Shown here piece by piece: positions 46,884 to 57,219 of a stretch of DNA of 64,000 bases (its first letter is position 1; every line of letters begins with the position of its first letter). The notes under the pieces were generated by a model. That model searched no databases and was not told the DNA's origin. It saw only the letters and a list, made by a program, of their open reading frames with translations. The DNA comes from an uncultured archaeon (lineage in GTDB: Archaea > Iainarchaeota > Iainarchaeia > Iainarchaeales > JAAZKV01): the NCBI GenBank assembly GCA_964534045.1, contig CAZHNO010000001.1:1786-65785 (forward strand), given 5' to 3'. The translations under genes were made by a program, and so were the position numbers.

Positions 46884-49800
46884 ATGAAAAAGATAGTAAA
46901 AATTTGGTTAATCGTTATTTTGATAGTTTTAGCTATCGTATTAATAAACTCAAATTTTTCTTTCACAGGGCTTTTTTTGCAAAAACAGGAATCAATTAGT
47001 TTTTCAGGAATTTGTAATAGCAATAACATTTGTGAAATTGGAGAGGATGATGAAAATTGTCCACAAGATTGTTTACCCAGGGCACCCAAAAATGAAAACT
47101 GCTTGTGCATTTACAGAAACGGAGATATTAATTCAGAAAAAATCTGTGAATATTATGCTGAAAAAAGGCCAGGAGTACATACTCTTGGTTTAAACTTAAG
47201 TTCAGGGATAGAAAGTGCACAAAAAAGCGTATTCATTTCTGAAGTTATTGATCCTCTTTGGGAATGGGTGGAAGCAAATGATGAATTAAAAATAACTCAT
47301 TTGGCAGTTGCAAGAGGCATTCCTACTGAAGTAATAATTGGAAATAGAACATATGGTGCTGCTTCAATGTTAGCCCTTTCAAAAGAATTTTATGATATTA
47401 GTCCTGGAATATCAGGAAATACACTAACTTTTATTCACTTTGATCCTGAAAAATATAAAACTGATGATGGAAAATATACATTCAGATTTGCTGTATCTTA
47501 TTTAACTGCTTATCAATTGGAAGATGTTTTAAAAATGATTGATAAAGCACAAGCCCCTATCCAAAATTTTGATGAATTAAAATGGTTTTTTGATGCGGAT
47601 GAAGATGAATTTCCAACAACTAAAATAAACTTAAAACAAGTTAAAGCAGAGTTAATAAAACAAGGAGTTCTTCCAGAAAATATTATTCTTGATTTTAACA
47701 ATGCTTTGCATACAAATCCTGAAGGCCCGATAATTGGATTTAATAGTGCAGGAAGACACCACACCGGTTATAGTCATTTATGGATGACACAAGAAAAATA
47801 TTTTAATCTTGAAGTTGCTAATCGCGCAATAATGAGTAGCGTTGAAAGTTATAATGCACACACTTTTTTTGGAAAACCTGATGAAAATATTGACGAAAGA
47901 ACAATTGGCCAAGGAAGAATTGCTGATGCTGTAAGCAAGATAGCTTTTGGGGGAGAAAATTATTCAAATAGTTTTGCAGGAGCAGGGGGAAATGTTACAG
48001 AACCATATCTGGGGTATCACATGAATGCAGAAAGATTTTTACCAGCATATGCTACTGGTTTAACACTTGGTGAAACTTTTTTAACAACACACCCATTAAG
48101 ATGGACTGCAATAATGATTGGAGACCCTTTAATGAGATTGATTGAAGATGATAAAGTTGGTTTACCAAATGGTACTGCTTGTGAAAATAATTCTCAATGT
48201 TATTCTAGAATTTGTGGAAATTCTCAAATTGGAGAAAAATTTTGTCATGCAAATCAAAATAATTGTGTTTATACTCAACAAAGTTTTGTTTATGATCTTA
48301 TGAATGGAAACAAAATTTGTAAGGAAATTACGAGCCAAACTGATATTTTATTTACTTGTGAAAATGGTACTTGGAAATTAGAAAAAGCCCCGGAGGAATA
48401 TTTGTGTAAATCAGTAAACTCTTTTTGGGATTTTGACGCAGACTTTTTTAAAAAAAATGGATTAGTTTGTTTGTCTGATGAAGAGTGTTATTCAAATGAT
48501 TGTAAAAAAGATTTAAGTGGAATAAAAAGATGTCAAAATAAAGACATTTGTCCAGTAAATAAAACTCAATATGTTAATAATAATTCATTTGCTTGTGTCT
48601 CAGAAAACCAAAAAATAAAATGTGTTAATGGTGAATGGGTAAACGGAATAATCAATTGCGATAATGAATGTATTGATGGAATGTGTTTGGGCGAATTTTT
48701 TACCCCTCCAAATATATTTACTATTGAAAAAAACAGGGATTATTATATGGCATTACCCATTAATCCTTCTTCAAAAAAAGTAAGTGATATTTTTGGAACA
48801 AATTTAGATTCTGGTAATCAAATTTATTTTTTTAGAAATAGTTGGACTTCAACAAGTTTTATTAAATTTGGAACAATTGAACAGTGGAATCCTGATTTGG
48901 AAATTAAAAATGGCGAGGGTTTTTTATTGAATCTAAATAGTGATATTAACATAATTATTGAAGGAGATGAAATAACTGAATCATTTCCTATTGAAATTAA
49001 AGGAAGTTCTAATTTGATAGGAATTCCAACACTGGGTAAAAAAAGAATGGCTTCTGAAGTTTTAGAAGAAATTAATTTACTAGATGATAGCTGTTATACA
49101 ATAAAATCTGGAGGAGGAAATGGAAAAAGTTATTCTATTACTAATGAAGGTGTTGAAGGAGAAGATTTTGAAATTTTTAATTATATTGCTTATTGGATTA
49201 TTTGTGATGAAAATACTAATATTACTTGGGTGCCTTTTGAAAATGAATGTACTCCTGGAGAATTTTGTGGATTAAATAGTTGTGAAGCAAATTATTGTGT
49301 TGATAATTTACTAAAAAAATTTCCACAAAATTGTGAAAAATTTTGTAATAATAACAGAGAATGTGTAGGTTGTTCTTGCACAGTAATTGAACAAAATTGT
49401 GGTTCAAATGCACTATGTTCTAATGGGGTTTGTTTAAGTTGTGGAGATAATTTTGCTAATTGTGATGGGATTACTGGCAATGGTTGTGAAATAAATGTTA
49501 AAGAAGATAACGGAAATTGTGGTTCTTGTGGAAATATTTGTGGTGATGGTAAAGAGTGTATTAATGGCGTTTGTGAAGATATAAATTTATGTAAAAATAT
49601 AAATTGTGGAACGAATGCATTTTGTAAATCTGAAACAGGTTCTTGTGAATGTTTTAACAATTATTTAAATTGTGATAATAACTTTAGTAATGGATGTGAG
49701 CTTAGTACAAGTACAGGTTGTCCAGAATGTGAAAATAATGAAAGTAGACTTTGTGTAAATGAAAAATTGTGTTTAGGTTCGCAAGCTTGTGAAAATAAAA

Positions 49801-50813
49801 AATGGAATCAATGTTTAATTGAAACTGAATGTGAATTTGGAGAAGTAAGAACTTGCACTCCAAAAATTAATGGTGAAGATTGTAATTTAGTATTAGGAAA
49901 TCAAACATGTAACAAATGTGGGCAATGGGAAGCTTGCACAGTAAGTAGTAACATAAACTGTTGCAGTGGAAAAAAAGAAAATTGTTTTATAAATGGTTGT
50001 GAAGGAAAAAAACATTGTGTGGGTTTTATTTGGCAAGATTGTAAAAAAAATGATTTGCTTTGTGGATTAAACAACACTAGCACATTTGACTTAGATAATT
50101 TAAGCACTTCTAACACTAGCGAAGGTAGTTCAAATTTTTGTAAAAATAGTGATTGTGGTGAGGATGAATACTGTGTAGAAAATAAGTGTGTTAAGTTAGA
50201 GTGCATAGATGGATTTATAATAAAAAATCATGAATGTGTCTGTAATGGAATATTATGTAATGGATTTTGTTACGATACTATTGGAATTTGTTGTAATAAT
50301 AATTGGAATGAAGAGCTTGATTCTTGTGAAACTGAAAGAAATATTGTTTTAAATATAGTCATGAATTCAAAAAATAATGAAGCAATCAAACTTTATGATG
50401 AAGCTGAAGAATCAATAAAAAAAGGAGAAATTAAAAAAGCAAAAGCTCAGCTAAAAATTGCTGAGTTGAAAGCAAAAGAAAATATTAAAAATAAAGAGCT
50501 TGTTTATGAAAGCTTAGAAAAAATTAACCTTGCAATGCAAAATGAAAAATATTCTGAAGCAGAAAACCTCGCAATAGATGCATTAAATAATCTGAAAAAA
50601 GAAAATGAATTTGAACAATTTATGGATGGAGATTTTGCACAAACCATCTTACTAATCTTAAGTATTATTTTTTTATTAATTATTATTGTTGAAGTTAGTC
50701 CAAGAGTTTACAAAAAAGTGAAAAATAAAAGTGGTGGAAAGAAAAAAAATAAAAAAATAGTCAAAAGTGAAAAAGAAAAAATCTTAGAAGAACTAAAAAA
50801 ACAATTTAAATAA
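46884..50813 (+). CDS. Giant (1309 aa) cysteine-rich cell-surface protein with C-terminal TM anchor
   Basis: N-terminal signal/TM and an about 400-aa globular region. Then about 700 aa of EGF-like Cys-rich modules (…NCDGITGNGCEINV…, …NCDNNFSNGCELST…). A coiled-coil stalk, TM helix and K-rich cytoplasmic tail follow. Confidence 0.6.
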   Translation: MKKIVKIWLIVILIVLAIVLINSNFSFTGLFLQKQESISFSGICNSNNICEIGEDDENCPQDCLPRAPKNENCLCIYRNGDINSEKICEYYAEKRPGVHTLGLNLSSGIESAQKSVFISEVIDPLWEWVEANDELKITHLAVARGIPTEVIIGNRTYGAASMLALSKEFYDISPGISGNTLTFIHFDPEKYKTDDGKYTFRFAVSYLTAYQLEDVLKMIDKAQAPIQNFDELKWFFDADEDEFPTTKINLKQVKAELIKQGVLPENIILDFNNALHTNPEGPIIGFNSAGRHHTGYSHLWMTQEKYFNLEVANRAIMSSVESYNAHTFFGKPDENIDERTIGQGRIADAVSKIAFGGENYSNSFAGAGGNVTEPYLGYHMNAERFLPAYATGLTLGETFLTTHPLRWTAIMIGDPLMRLIEDDKVGLPNGTACENNSQCYSRICGNSQIGEKFCHANQNNCVYTQQSFVYDLMNGNKICKEITSQTDILFTCENGTWKLEKAPEEYLCKSVNSFWDFDADFFKKNGLVCLSDEECYSNDCKKDLSGIKRCQNKDICPVNKTQYVNNNSFACVSENQKIKCVNGEWVNGIINCDNECIDGMCLGEFFTPPNIFTIEKNRDYYMALPINPSSKKVSDIFGTNLDSGNQIYFFRNSWTSTSFIKFGTIEQWNPDLEIKNGEGFLLNLNSDINIIIEGDEITESFPIEIKGSSNLIGIPTLGKKRMASEVLEEINLLDDSCYTIKSGGGNGKSYSITNEGVEGEDFEIFNYIAYWIICDENTNITWVPFENECTPGEFCGLNSCEANYCVDNLLKKFPQNCEKFCNNNRECVGCSCTVIEQNCGSNALCSNGVCLSCGDNFANCDGITGNGCEINVKEDNGNCGSCGNICGDGKECINGVCEDINLCKNINCGTNAFCKSETGSCECFNNYLNCDNNFSNGCELSTSTGCPECENNESRLCVNEKLCLGSQACENKKWNQCLIETECEFGEVRTCTPKINGEDCNLVLGNQTCNKCGQWEACTVSSNINCCSGKKENCFINGCEGKKHCVGFIWQDCKKNDLLCGLNNTSTFDLDNLSTSNTSEGSSNFCKNSDCGEDEYCVENKCVKLECIDGFIIKNHECVCNGILCNGFCYDTIGICCNNNWNEELDSCETERNIVLNIVMNSKNNEAIKLYDEAEESIKKGEIKKAKAQLKIAELKAKENIKNKELVYESLEKINLAMQNEKYSEAENLAIDALNNLKKENEFEQFMDGDFAQTILLILSIIFLLIIIVEVSPRVYKKVKNKSGGKKKNKKIVKSEKEKILEELKKQFK

Positions 50814-50954
50814 AAAAATTAAAAAAAATAAGAATAGCTAAATTAGCAACAAACCAACTTATACATAATGTTTTATTTTTTATCTTTCACCTTTGCTCAA
50901 CTTGTTTTGAGAAGATGCTTTTTAAAAAGAAACCAACAGAGTTTAATTTAGAGT

Positions 50955-51731
50955 TTGGGTGAAAGAGAAATGGTTGAAAAAATTGATGAAATTACTGAAA
51001 TTAATAAAATTTACAAAACTCTAATGCACTTTCCAGGAAGCACTTTTTCTGATTTGTGGGATAAAGAAATCCCAAGCAATAAATTTAATTATTATTTAAA
51101 AAAAATGGAAACAGAAAGTTTAATTGAAAAAAAAGATGGAAAATATTTTCTAACTTTACAAGGAAAAGAAAATGCTGTAGAAATTAGTGGAGACACAGGA
51201 AAGAAAGAAGAGAGGCCAGTTGTTGCTTTATTGCTTGTGATTAGAAGAGATAAGAAAAATACAAACAGAAAAAATAATGAAAACGAAAAAAATTATGAGT
51301 ATATTTTGTATAGGAGAATGAAGGAACCTTATTACAACCATTGTGGTTTTCCAGGTGCAAAAATGCAAAAAGGGGAAGAAATTTTAGAATCAGCAAAAAG
51401 AGAACTGAAAGAAGAAACTAATTTTGATTGTGATGGAAAGATTATTGGTGTACAAAATTGTAAAGTGAAAAACGATGGAAAATTATTTCACCATTTTTTA
51501 CAATTTGTTATTTTGTTTGAAAACCCAAAAGGCGAGCTAATAAAAGAAAGTAGAGAAGGAACTTATGAATGGGCTTCAAAAAAAGAAATTTTGGGGCAGA
51601 AAAAGTTGTTCCCTGATATTAAAGGTGTTTTAGAGAGTATTGAAAAGAATGAGTTTTATATGAAAGAATTGGATTTTTTACAAGAAAATCAACAATTCAC
51701 AGGTATTTTAGAAAAAGGAATTTGCTTCTAA
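50955..51731 (+). CDS. NUDIX hydrolase with N-terminal winged-helix domain
   Basis: Nudix box GAKMQKGEEILESAKRELKEETN (G-x5-E-x7-REL.EE). N-terminal LMHFPGSTFSDLW...FNYYLKKMETESLIEKKDGKYFLT resembles a winged helix. Confidence 0.65.
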   Translation: MGEREMVEKIDEITEINKIYKTLMHFPGSTFSDLWDKEIPSNKFNYYLKKMETESLIEKKDGKYFLTLQGKENAVEISGDTGKKEERPVVALLLVIRRDKKNTNRKNNENEKNYEYILYRRMKEPYYNHCGFPGAKMQKGEEILESAKRELKEETNFDCDGKIIGVQNCKVKNDGKLFHHFLQFVILFENPKGELIKESREGTYEWASKKEILGQKKLFPDIKGVLESIEKNEFYMKELDFLQENQQFTGILEKGICF

Positions 51732-51797
51732 AAACACTTGAAAAAAAACTTCTCCAATTATCTTTTAAATAAAATAGCTCTTTTATTTACAGATATT

Positions 51798-52574
51798 ATG
51801 CCTATAAAAAAGAGATTAGACAAAAATATACCAATAGCAAAAAGTAAGGCTAGTTCTAGGAAAAGTGTTTCAAAAGGAGGAGCAATTGTTTCCTTAGAAG
51901 ATGTTTATAAAATTTATAATTTAGGCGAAGTTGAAGTAAGAGCTTTAGATGGAATTAATTTGCAAATTTGTAGGGGAGATTATGTTTCTATAATGGGCCC
52001 AAGTGGAAGTGGAAAAACAACCCTATTAGATATTTTAAGCACAATGCTTCGCCCTAGCAAAGGAAAAATTTTGATTGATGGAAAAGACACTACAAAAATG
52101 AGTGACGCTGAATTAGCTAATTTTAGAGGAAACAAAATTGGTTTTATTTTTCAAACTTTTAATTTATTACCAAAATTAAGTGCTTTAGAAAATGTAATGG
52201 TTCCAATGTGGATTAATAACACCCCAAGAGGAGAGAGAGTTGAGAGAGCAAAAAAAGTTTTGGAAAGTGTTGGTTTAGGAGACAGGCTACAAAATCGCCC
52301 AGGGCAAATGTCTGGTGGACAGAGGCAGAGGGTTGCTATTGCAAGAGCGTTAGCACTTGACCCTGATATTGTTGTTGCTGATGAACCAACAGGAAATCTT
52401 GATTCAAAATCAGGAAAAGTTGTAATGGATATTTTACAAGATTTGTATGAAACAAAAGGAAAAACTGTAATTCTTGTTACTCATGATGAGAGTATTGGAA
52501 AGAGAGCAAAAAAACATATTTCTTTGAAAGATGGAAAAATTGTTTCTAGTGGAACGCAAGTTTGTCAATTATAA
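51798..52574 (+). CDS. ABC transporter ATP-binding protein (MacB/LolD/FtsE-like)
   Basis: Walker A GPSGSGKTT, signature LSGGQRQRVAIARAL, Walker B IVVADEPTGNLD, H-loop. The alternative upstream start at 51738 would add 20 aa. Confidence 0.85.
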   Translation: MPIKKRLDKNIPIAKSKASSRKSVSKGGAIVSLEDVYKIYNLGEVEVRALDGINLQICRGDYVSIMGPSGSGKTTLLDILSTMLRPSKGKILIDGKDTTKMSDAELANFRGNKIGFIFQTFNLLPKLSALENVMVPMWINNTPRGERVERAKKVLESVGLGDRLQNRPGQMSGGQRQRVAIARALALDPDIVVADEPTGNLDSKSGKVVMDILQDLYETKGKTVILVTHDESIGKRAKKHISLKDGKIVSSGTQVCQL

Positions 52575-52675
52575 TTTTTGTTTATTAAAAAAACAAAATT
52601 TGAATATTAATAATAAAAAATTAAATTTAAAAAATTTAAATATTAAATAGTTTATTTTTGGGAAAAGGTGTTGAA

Positions 52676-53863
52676 ATGCCATATGATTTGATTAGAGAAT
52701 CTTCAAGTAATTTGAAGAGAGAGGGCGTAAGAACTTATTTAACATTATTAGGAATTGTTATTGGCATTGCCGCAATTGTTTCTTTAACCTCAATTGGCTC
52801 TGGTTTAGGAGTTGCAGTTGATCAACAATTAGAACAATTAGGTGGAACAATAATTTTTGTTATTCCTGGTGGATTACAAAATATTAGATTGGAATTAGAT
52901 GAGCATGATGTTTCTGTCTTAGAAGGAATTAGTGGTGTTGAAAGTGCTGTTCCAATTTATTCTACTTCTGCAGTAATGGAATTTGATGGAGAAAAAGTTA
53001 ATGTTTCTGTTTCAGCAACAGATGCAAAAAAAGCAGAGATTTTTGATAACACGGGTTATTTTGATGTTGGAGAAGGAAGAGATTTTGCTAGAAACGAATC
53101 AACATCTGTTCTTATTGGAAATACTTTGGCAAAAACTTATTTTGAAAAACCAATTAATCTTAGAAAACAAGTGTTGATTAATGGAAAGACTTTCAAAGTA
53201 ATTGGAATTTTGAAACCACAAGCACAATCTTTTGGTGGAGGGCCTGATACAGGCGGTTCTGTTTTTATGTCCCTTGATGCTTTCAAAAGAATTTCTGATA
53301 AATTAAATCCATCAATAATTTTTGTTAACGCAAGTGACAAGTTAGGAATTGAAGATGTTGTTGAGGATATAAAAAAATATTTTGACAAAGAATATGGAAA
53401 AAATAGTGTAACTGTTTTATCTTCTGAAGAAATTTCTGAAAGAGTAAGTTCTTTGTTAAGCATTGTAACAATTTTTATTGCGGGCTTGGCTGGAATTAGT
53501 TTAGTTGTTGGAGGAATAGGAATAATGAATGCAATGATAACAAGTGTTCTGCAAAGAACAAAAGAAATTGGATTATACAAAGCAGTTGGTGCCAGTTCAA
53601 GAAAAATTTTAATATTATTTATTTTAGAAGCGGGTTTTATTGGTTTATTGGGTGGTATAATTGGAGTAATTGTTGGTTTATTATTGGCAGAGGGAATTGC
53701 CTTTGTTGGTTTGCAAGCAGGTTATGCTTTAGTGGCTGTAAAAACTCCTGAAATTATTTTAGGGGGATTGGCTTTTGCAGTTATTGTTGGAATATTATCG
53801 GGCATTTATCCTGCTTTGCGAGCAGCAAAACTTGATCCGGTTGTTGCGTTGAGGTATGAATAA
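52676..53863 (+). CDS. ABC transporter permease, FtsX/MacB family (copy 1)
   Basis: N-terminal TM, about 230-aa periplasmic-type domain, then a C-terminal 3-TM FtsX module (…KEIGLYKAVGAS…). Confidence 0.75.
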   Translation: MPYDLIRESSSNLKREGVRTYLTLLGIVIGIAAIVSLTSIGSGLGVAVDQQLEQLGGTIIFVIPGGLQNIRLELDEHDVSVLEGISGVESAVPIYSTSAVMEFDGEKVNVSVSATDAKKAEIFDNTGYFDVGEGRDFARNESTSVLIGNTLAKTYFEKPINLRKQVLINGKTFKVIGILKPQAQSFGGGPDTGGSVFMSLDAFKRISDKLNPSIIFVNASDKLGIEDVVEDIKKYFDKEYGKNSVTVLSSEEISERVSSLLSIVTIFIAGLAGISLVVGGIGIMNAMITSVLQRTKEIGLYKAVGASSRKILILFILEAGFIGLLGGIIGVIVGLLLAEGIAFVGLQAGYALVAVKTPEIILGGLAFAVIVGILSGIYPALRAAKLDPVVALRYE

Positions 53864-53895
53864 TTTTTTGAAAAAAAATTAATTGAGTGATTTTT

Positions 53896-55089
53896 ATGTT
53901 GGAAGTTATTGAACAATCATTAAAGAATTTGCGAAGAGAAGGAGTTAGAACTTTCCTTACTTTAATTGGAATTGTTATTGGTATTGCTGCAATAGTTGCT
54001 TTGCTTTCAATTGGTTCTGGTTTAACAATTGCTTTTGAAGAACAATTTGAAGGCATTGGTTCTAACATGGTTTTTGCTTCACCAGGTGATGCTTTGAGCA
54101 TGCAACAATCTACAGATTTAAAAATTTCTCAAAAAGATGTTGAAAATGTGAAAAATATTAGAAATGTAAAAACTGTTATTGCTGAGTATGCTGGCGCGGG
54201 AGCAATTCATTTTGATAATGAAACAAGAAGTGCAATATTTTTTAGTGTTGATGAGGAAGGTTATGATTTTTTTAAGAATGAAGATTTTGTTGAATTAATT
54301 GAGGGCAGGTGGATTGAACCAAATGAATCAACAGGAATAATGATTAATGAAACTCTAGCAAAGGATGCTTTTGATAAAGAAATTAATTTAAGAAAACAAC
54401 TTGATATTAGTGGAAAGAACTTCAAGGTTGTTGGAATTTTTAAATTTGGTAGCGGAGCATCAACCTTTATGGGTGGTTCAGGAATAGTTTTCTCTACCAT
54501 AAATGGTTATGATAGAGTTTTCCCGGAAAAAGAAATTGCTGAAATAATGATAAAAACTGAAACAACTGAAAGTGCACCACAAGTAGCAGAAGATGTGAAA
54601 GAATATTTTGAGGATAAGTATGGAAAAAGAAGTATTACTGTGCTAACTTCTGACCAAGCAATAGAACAACTAAATAGTGTATTATCTTTACTAACAATTG
54701 TTATTGCAGGGATTGCTGGAATTAGTTTGGTTGTTGGAGGAATAGGGATAATGAATGCAATGATAACAAGTGTAATAGAGAGAACAAAAGAAATTGGATT
54801 ATACAAAGCACTAGGCGCAAGTAATAAAAAAATCCTTTCAATATTTATCTTAGAAGCAGGATTTATTGGTTTATTGGGTGGAATAATTGGTTGTGCATTA
54901 GGTTTTTCTTTAGCTGGAATTATTGGCATTGTTGGAAGTAGTGCAGGTTTGCCTTTGAGAGCAGTAATAACTCCTGAATTAGTGATTGGGGGTTTAGCTT
55001 TTTCAATGATTGTTGGAATACTTTCAGGTTTATACCCTGCAATAAAAGCTTCTCAATTAGATCCAGTTGAAGCAATTAGATTTGATTAA
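53896..55089 (+). CDS. ABC transporter permease, FtsX/MacB family (copy 2, paralog)
   Basis: Same architecture as copy 1 and about 45% identical (…KEIGLYKALGAS…). Confidence 0.75.
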   Translation: MLEVIEQSLKNLRREGVRTFLTLIGIVIGIAAIVALLSIGSGLTIAFEEQFEGIGSNMVFASPGDALSMQQSTDLKISQKDVENVKNIRNVKTVIAEYAGAGAIHFDNETRSAIFFSVDEEGYDFFKNEDFVELIEGRWIEPNESTGIMINETLAKDAFDKEINLRKQLDISGKNFKVVGIFKFGSGASTFMGGSGIVFSTINGYDRVFPEKEIAEIMIKTETTESAPQVAEDVKEYFEDKYGKRSITVLTSDQAIEQLNSVLSLLTIVIAGIAGISLVVGGIGIMNAMITSVIERTKEIGLYKALGASNKKILSIFILEAGFIGLLGGIIGCALGFSLAGIIGIVGSSAGLPLRAVITPELVIGGLAFSMIVGILSGLYPAIKASQLDPVEAIRFD

Positions 55090-55109
55090 AAAAATATTTT
55101 AAAAAATAG

Positions 55110-57170
55110 TTAGATTTTATTTTCTAACTTAGCATTTTTAATAATCAATGTTCCAGTAAATTCATTTTCCATTTTCTTTTCAAATTTAACGCTTAATCTT
55201 TTTTCAAACAAAGGCATATCCAAAACAAGTGTTTCATATTCTCCACCTTCACCAGCAACATTAATTTTAAACTTTTTTTCCAACGCAATTAACTTTTCAA
55301 CATCAGCAATTTTTAAAATTTTCCCCAGCCATTCTTCACCCAAACCATAACAAGCTATTTTTGTAATCATAATTGAAAATTTTTCTTTGATTAATTGTTT
55401 CATATATTGTGCTTGATTCATTTGCCATAGCGGAGCAAACGCTCTAATGCCAAGGGATTCACAAATTTTTTCAATTCTTTCTCTTTGATAATTTGAAAAT
55501 AATGCTCCTGAACAAATTCCTTCAATATTATATTTTTTCTTAGCTTCTTTTATTGCTTTTTTTAAATCACTTAATTCTTTTTCTTTTTTTCCAATTGTTT
55601 TCACTAATACCAAATGCTTTCCTAATGATTGTGCTTGTAACTTTGCTAAAGCAATTGTTGGAGTATGAAACATATAGGAATCTTTATTCTTTGAATCAAT
55701 TGTAATTAAGCATTTTATATCATATCCTTGTTTTTGCATTAAACTCATTGCAAATAAAGAATCTTTTCCTGTTGAAATAAGTGCAGCGATTGAAATATTT
55801 TTCCTATCTTCTTTTTTTTGTAAAGAATTCAAATAATCAGCTTTTGATCTAAACTTGTTTTTCCTAGCTAACTTTTCTAAAGCTTTATCAAAATTACTTC
55901 CATATTGAGCTGCTTTCTTTGGGCGATAAGCAATTTCTTTATTCAAGCCAAGTGATTCTGCAAATTCTCGCAATAATAATTTATTTTGCTTTTTGTCAGA
56001 AGATATTTTATATTTTGGTTCTAAAGCAAGAGATGCTTGAACAAGCTCTTTGTCAAGATAAGGTAGCCTTAATTCTGTCTTGTTATTCATGCAAATAATA
56101 TCTTCAAAATATAAATCATTTTCATACATTTTTATCAAATAAGAATAGCAATCTTTATTCACATCAGTGCTTTCTTTAAAACGAGCATAACCAGCAAATA
56201 GTTCATCCGCACCCAAACCAGAAAAACAAACTTTTTCTTTAATTGATTTTGTTGCAAAATAAATCGTGCTTGCAACACCAACTCTAACAGGGTCTGTTGA
56301 CTCTATTAAAGAAATTATTTTTGGTAATTCTTTTTCATATTCTTTTAGAGAAACTAAATTGATTTTTAATACTGAATTTAAATCATAGGATGCTTTTTTA
56401 GCAAATTCTAGGTCAACTGGCTCAGCAAAATCTTTTATTCCTGCAAAATAAGAAGTGAATTTTATCTTATTATTCTTCAAAATCAAACCAATTAATGTTG
56501 AATCAACTCCTCCAGAAAGAAGTAATGCTACTTTTTGTTCTGGAACTCTTTTAGTAACTGCACTTAATAGTAATTTTTGTATTTCTTCCTTTGGCCCCTT
56601 CAACTTTGTCTTTTTAATAATTCTTTTCTTAATAATCAAGCTTTTTGTTTTAATATTATAAATCAAAATCTCTCTTGGATTAAGATTTTTTGAATCAAAT
56701 TTAAGTGCTTTCTTTTCTGAAGCAAAAATAATTTTCTCTTTATCAATAAAATATACTAATGGTTTTACTCCAAACAAATCTCTTGCAAGAATAATTTTTT
56801 CTTCTTTTTTTGAGTAATAAGAAAATGCAAAAACACCATCTAATTCTTCAACTATTTCGGCAATATTTGAAATTCCTTTTTTATCAATTAATTTTTGTAT
56901 TAATTCAGCATCATTTTTTACATTCAATTTATTTTTCTCGCTTAGTTCTTTCCAATTATAAATTTCACAATTCGCTATACATAAACTTTCTTTTGTAACA
57001 AGGGGTTGTTTAACAAAATCAATTATTGAATGTAAATTATGCCCAAAAACAACTTCTTTATATTTAATAATTTTAGAAGCGTCTTTACCCCTATTTTGCA
57101 TTATTTTTAATCCTTTAGAACAAATTTCTCTTCCTAAAGGAGTATTTGCTGAACCTATTATTCCACACAT
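55110..57170 (-). CDS. Fusion protein: glutamine-hydrolysing asparagine synthase (AsnB)-like + MJ0570/Dph6-type ATP-binding (diphthine--ammonia ligase-like) domain
   Basis: N-terminal MCGIIG (Cys2 Ntn nucleophile), LDGVFAFSYY, RDLFGVKPLVY, SGGVDS PP-loop and SGLGADELFAGY. The C-terminal 230 aa carry STGKDS, DSYMFHTPTIALAKLQAQSLG, GKKEKELSDLKKAIKEAKKKY and GEGGEYETLVLDMPLFEKR. That region aligns nearly motif-for-motif with M. jannaschii MJ0570. Confidence 0.75.
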   Translation of the reverse strand: MCGIIGSANTPLGREICSKGLKIMQNRGKDASKIIKYKEVVFGHNLHSIIDFVKQPLVTKESLCIANCEIYNWKELSEKNKLNVKNDAELIQKLIDKKGISNIAEIVEELDGVFAFSYYSKKEEKIILARDLFGVKPLVYFIDKEKIIFASEKKALKFDSKNLNPREILIYNIKTKSLIIKKRIIKKTKLKGPKEEIQKLLLSAVTKRVPEQKVALLLSGGVDSTLIGLILKNNKIKFTSYFAGIKDFAEPVDLEFAKKASYDLNSVLKINLVSLKEYEKELPKIISLIESTDPVRVGVASTIYFATKSIKEKVCFSGLGADELFAGYARFKESTDVNKDCYSYLIKMYENDLYFEDIICMNNKTELRLPYLDKELVQASLALEPKYKISSDKKQNKLLLREFAESLGLNKEIAYRPKKAAQYGSNFDKALEKLARKNKFRSKADYLNSLQKKEDRKNISIAALISTGKDSLFAMSLMQKQGYDIKCLITIDSKNKDSYMFHTPTIALAKLQAQSLGKHLVLVKTIGKKEKELSDLKKAIKEAKKKYNIEGICSGALFSNYQRERIEKICESLGIRAFAPLWQMNQAQYMKQLIKEKFSIMITKIACYGLGEEWLGKILKIADVEKLIALEKKFKINVAGEGGEYETLVLDMPLFEKRLSVKFEKKMENEFTGTLIIKNAKLENKI

Positions 57171-57219
57171 AATAAAGTTAATTAAGAAGCTTAATATAAT
57201 TGTTTTGAATAAAGTATCT

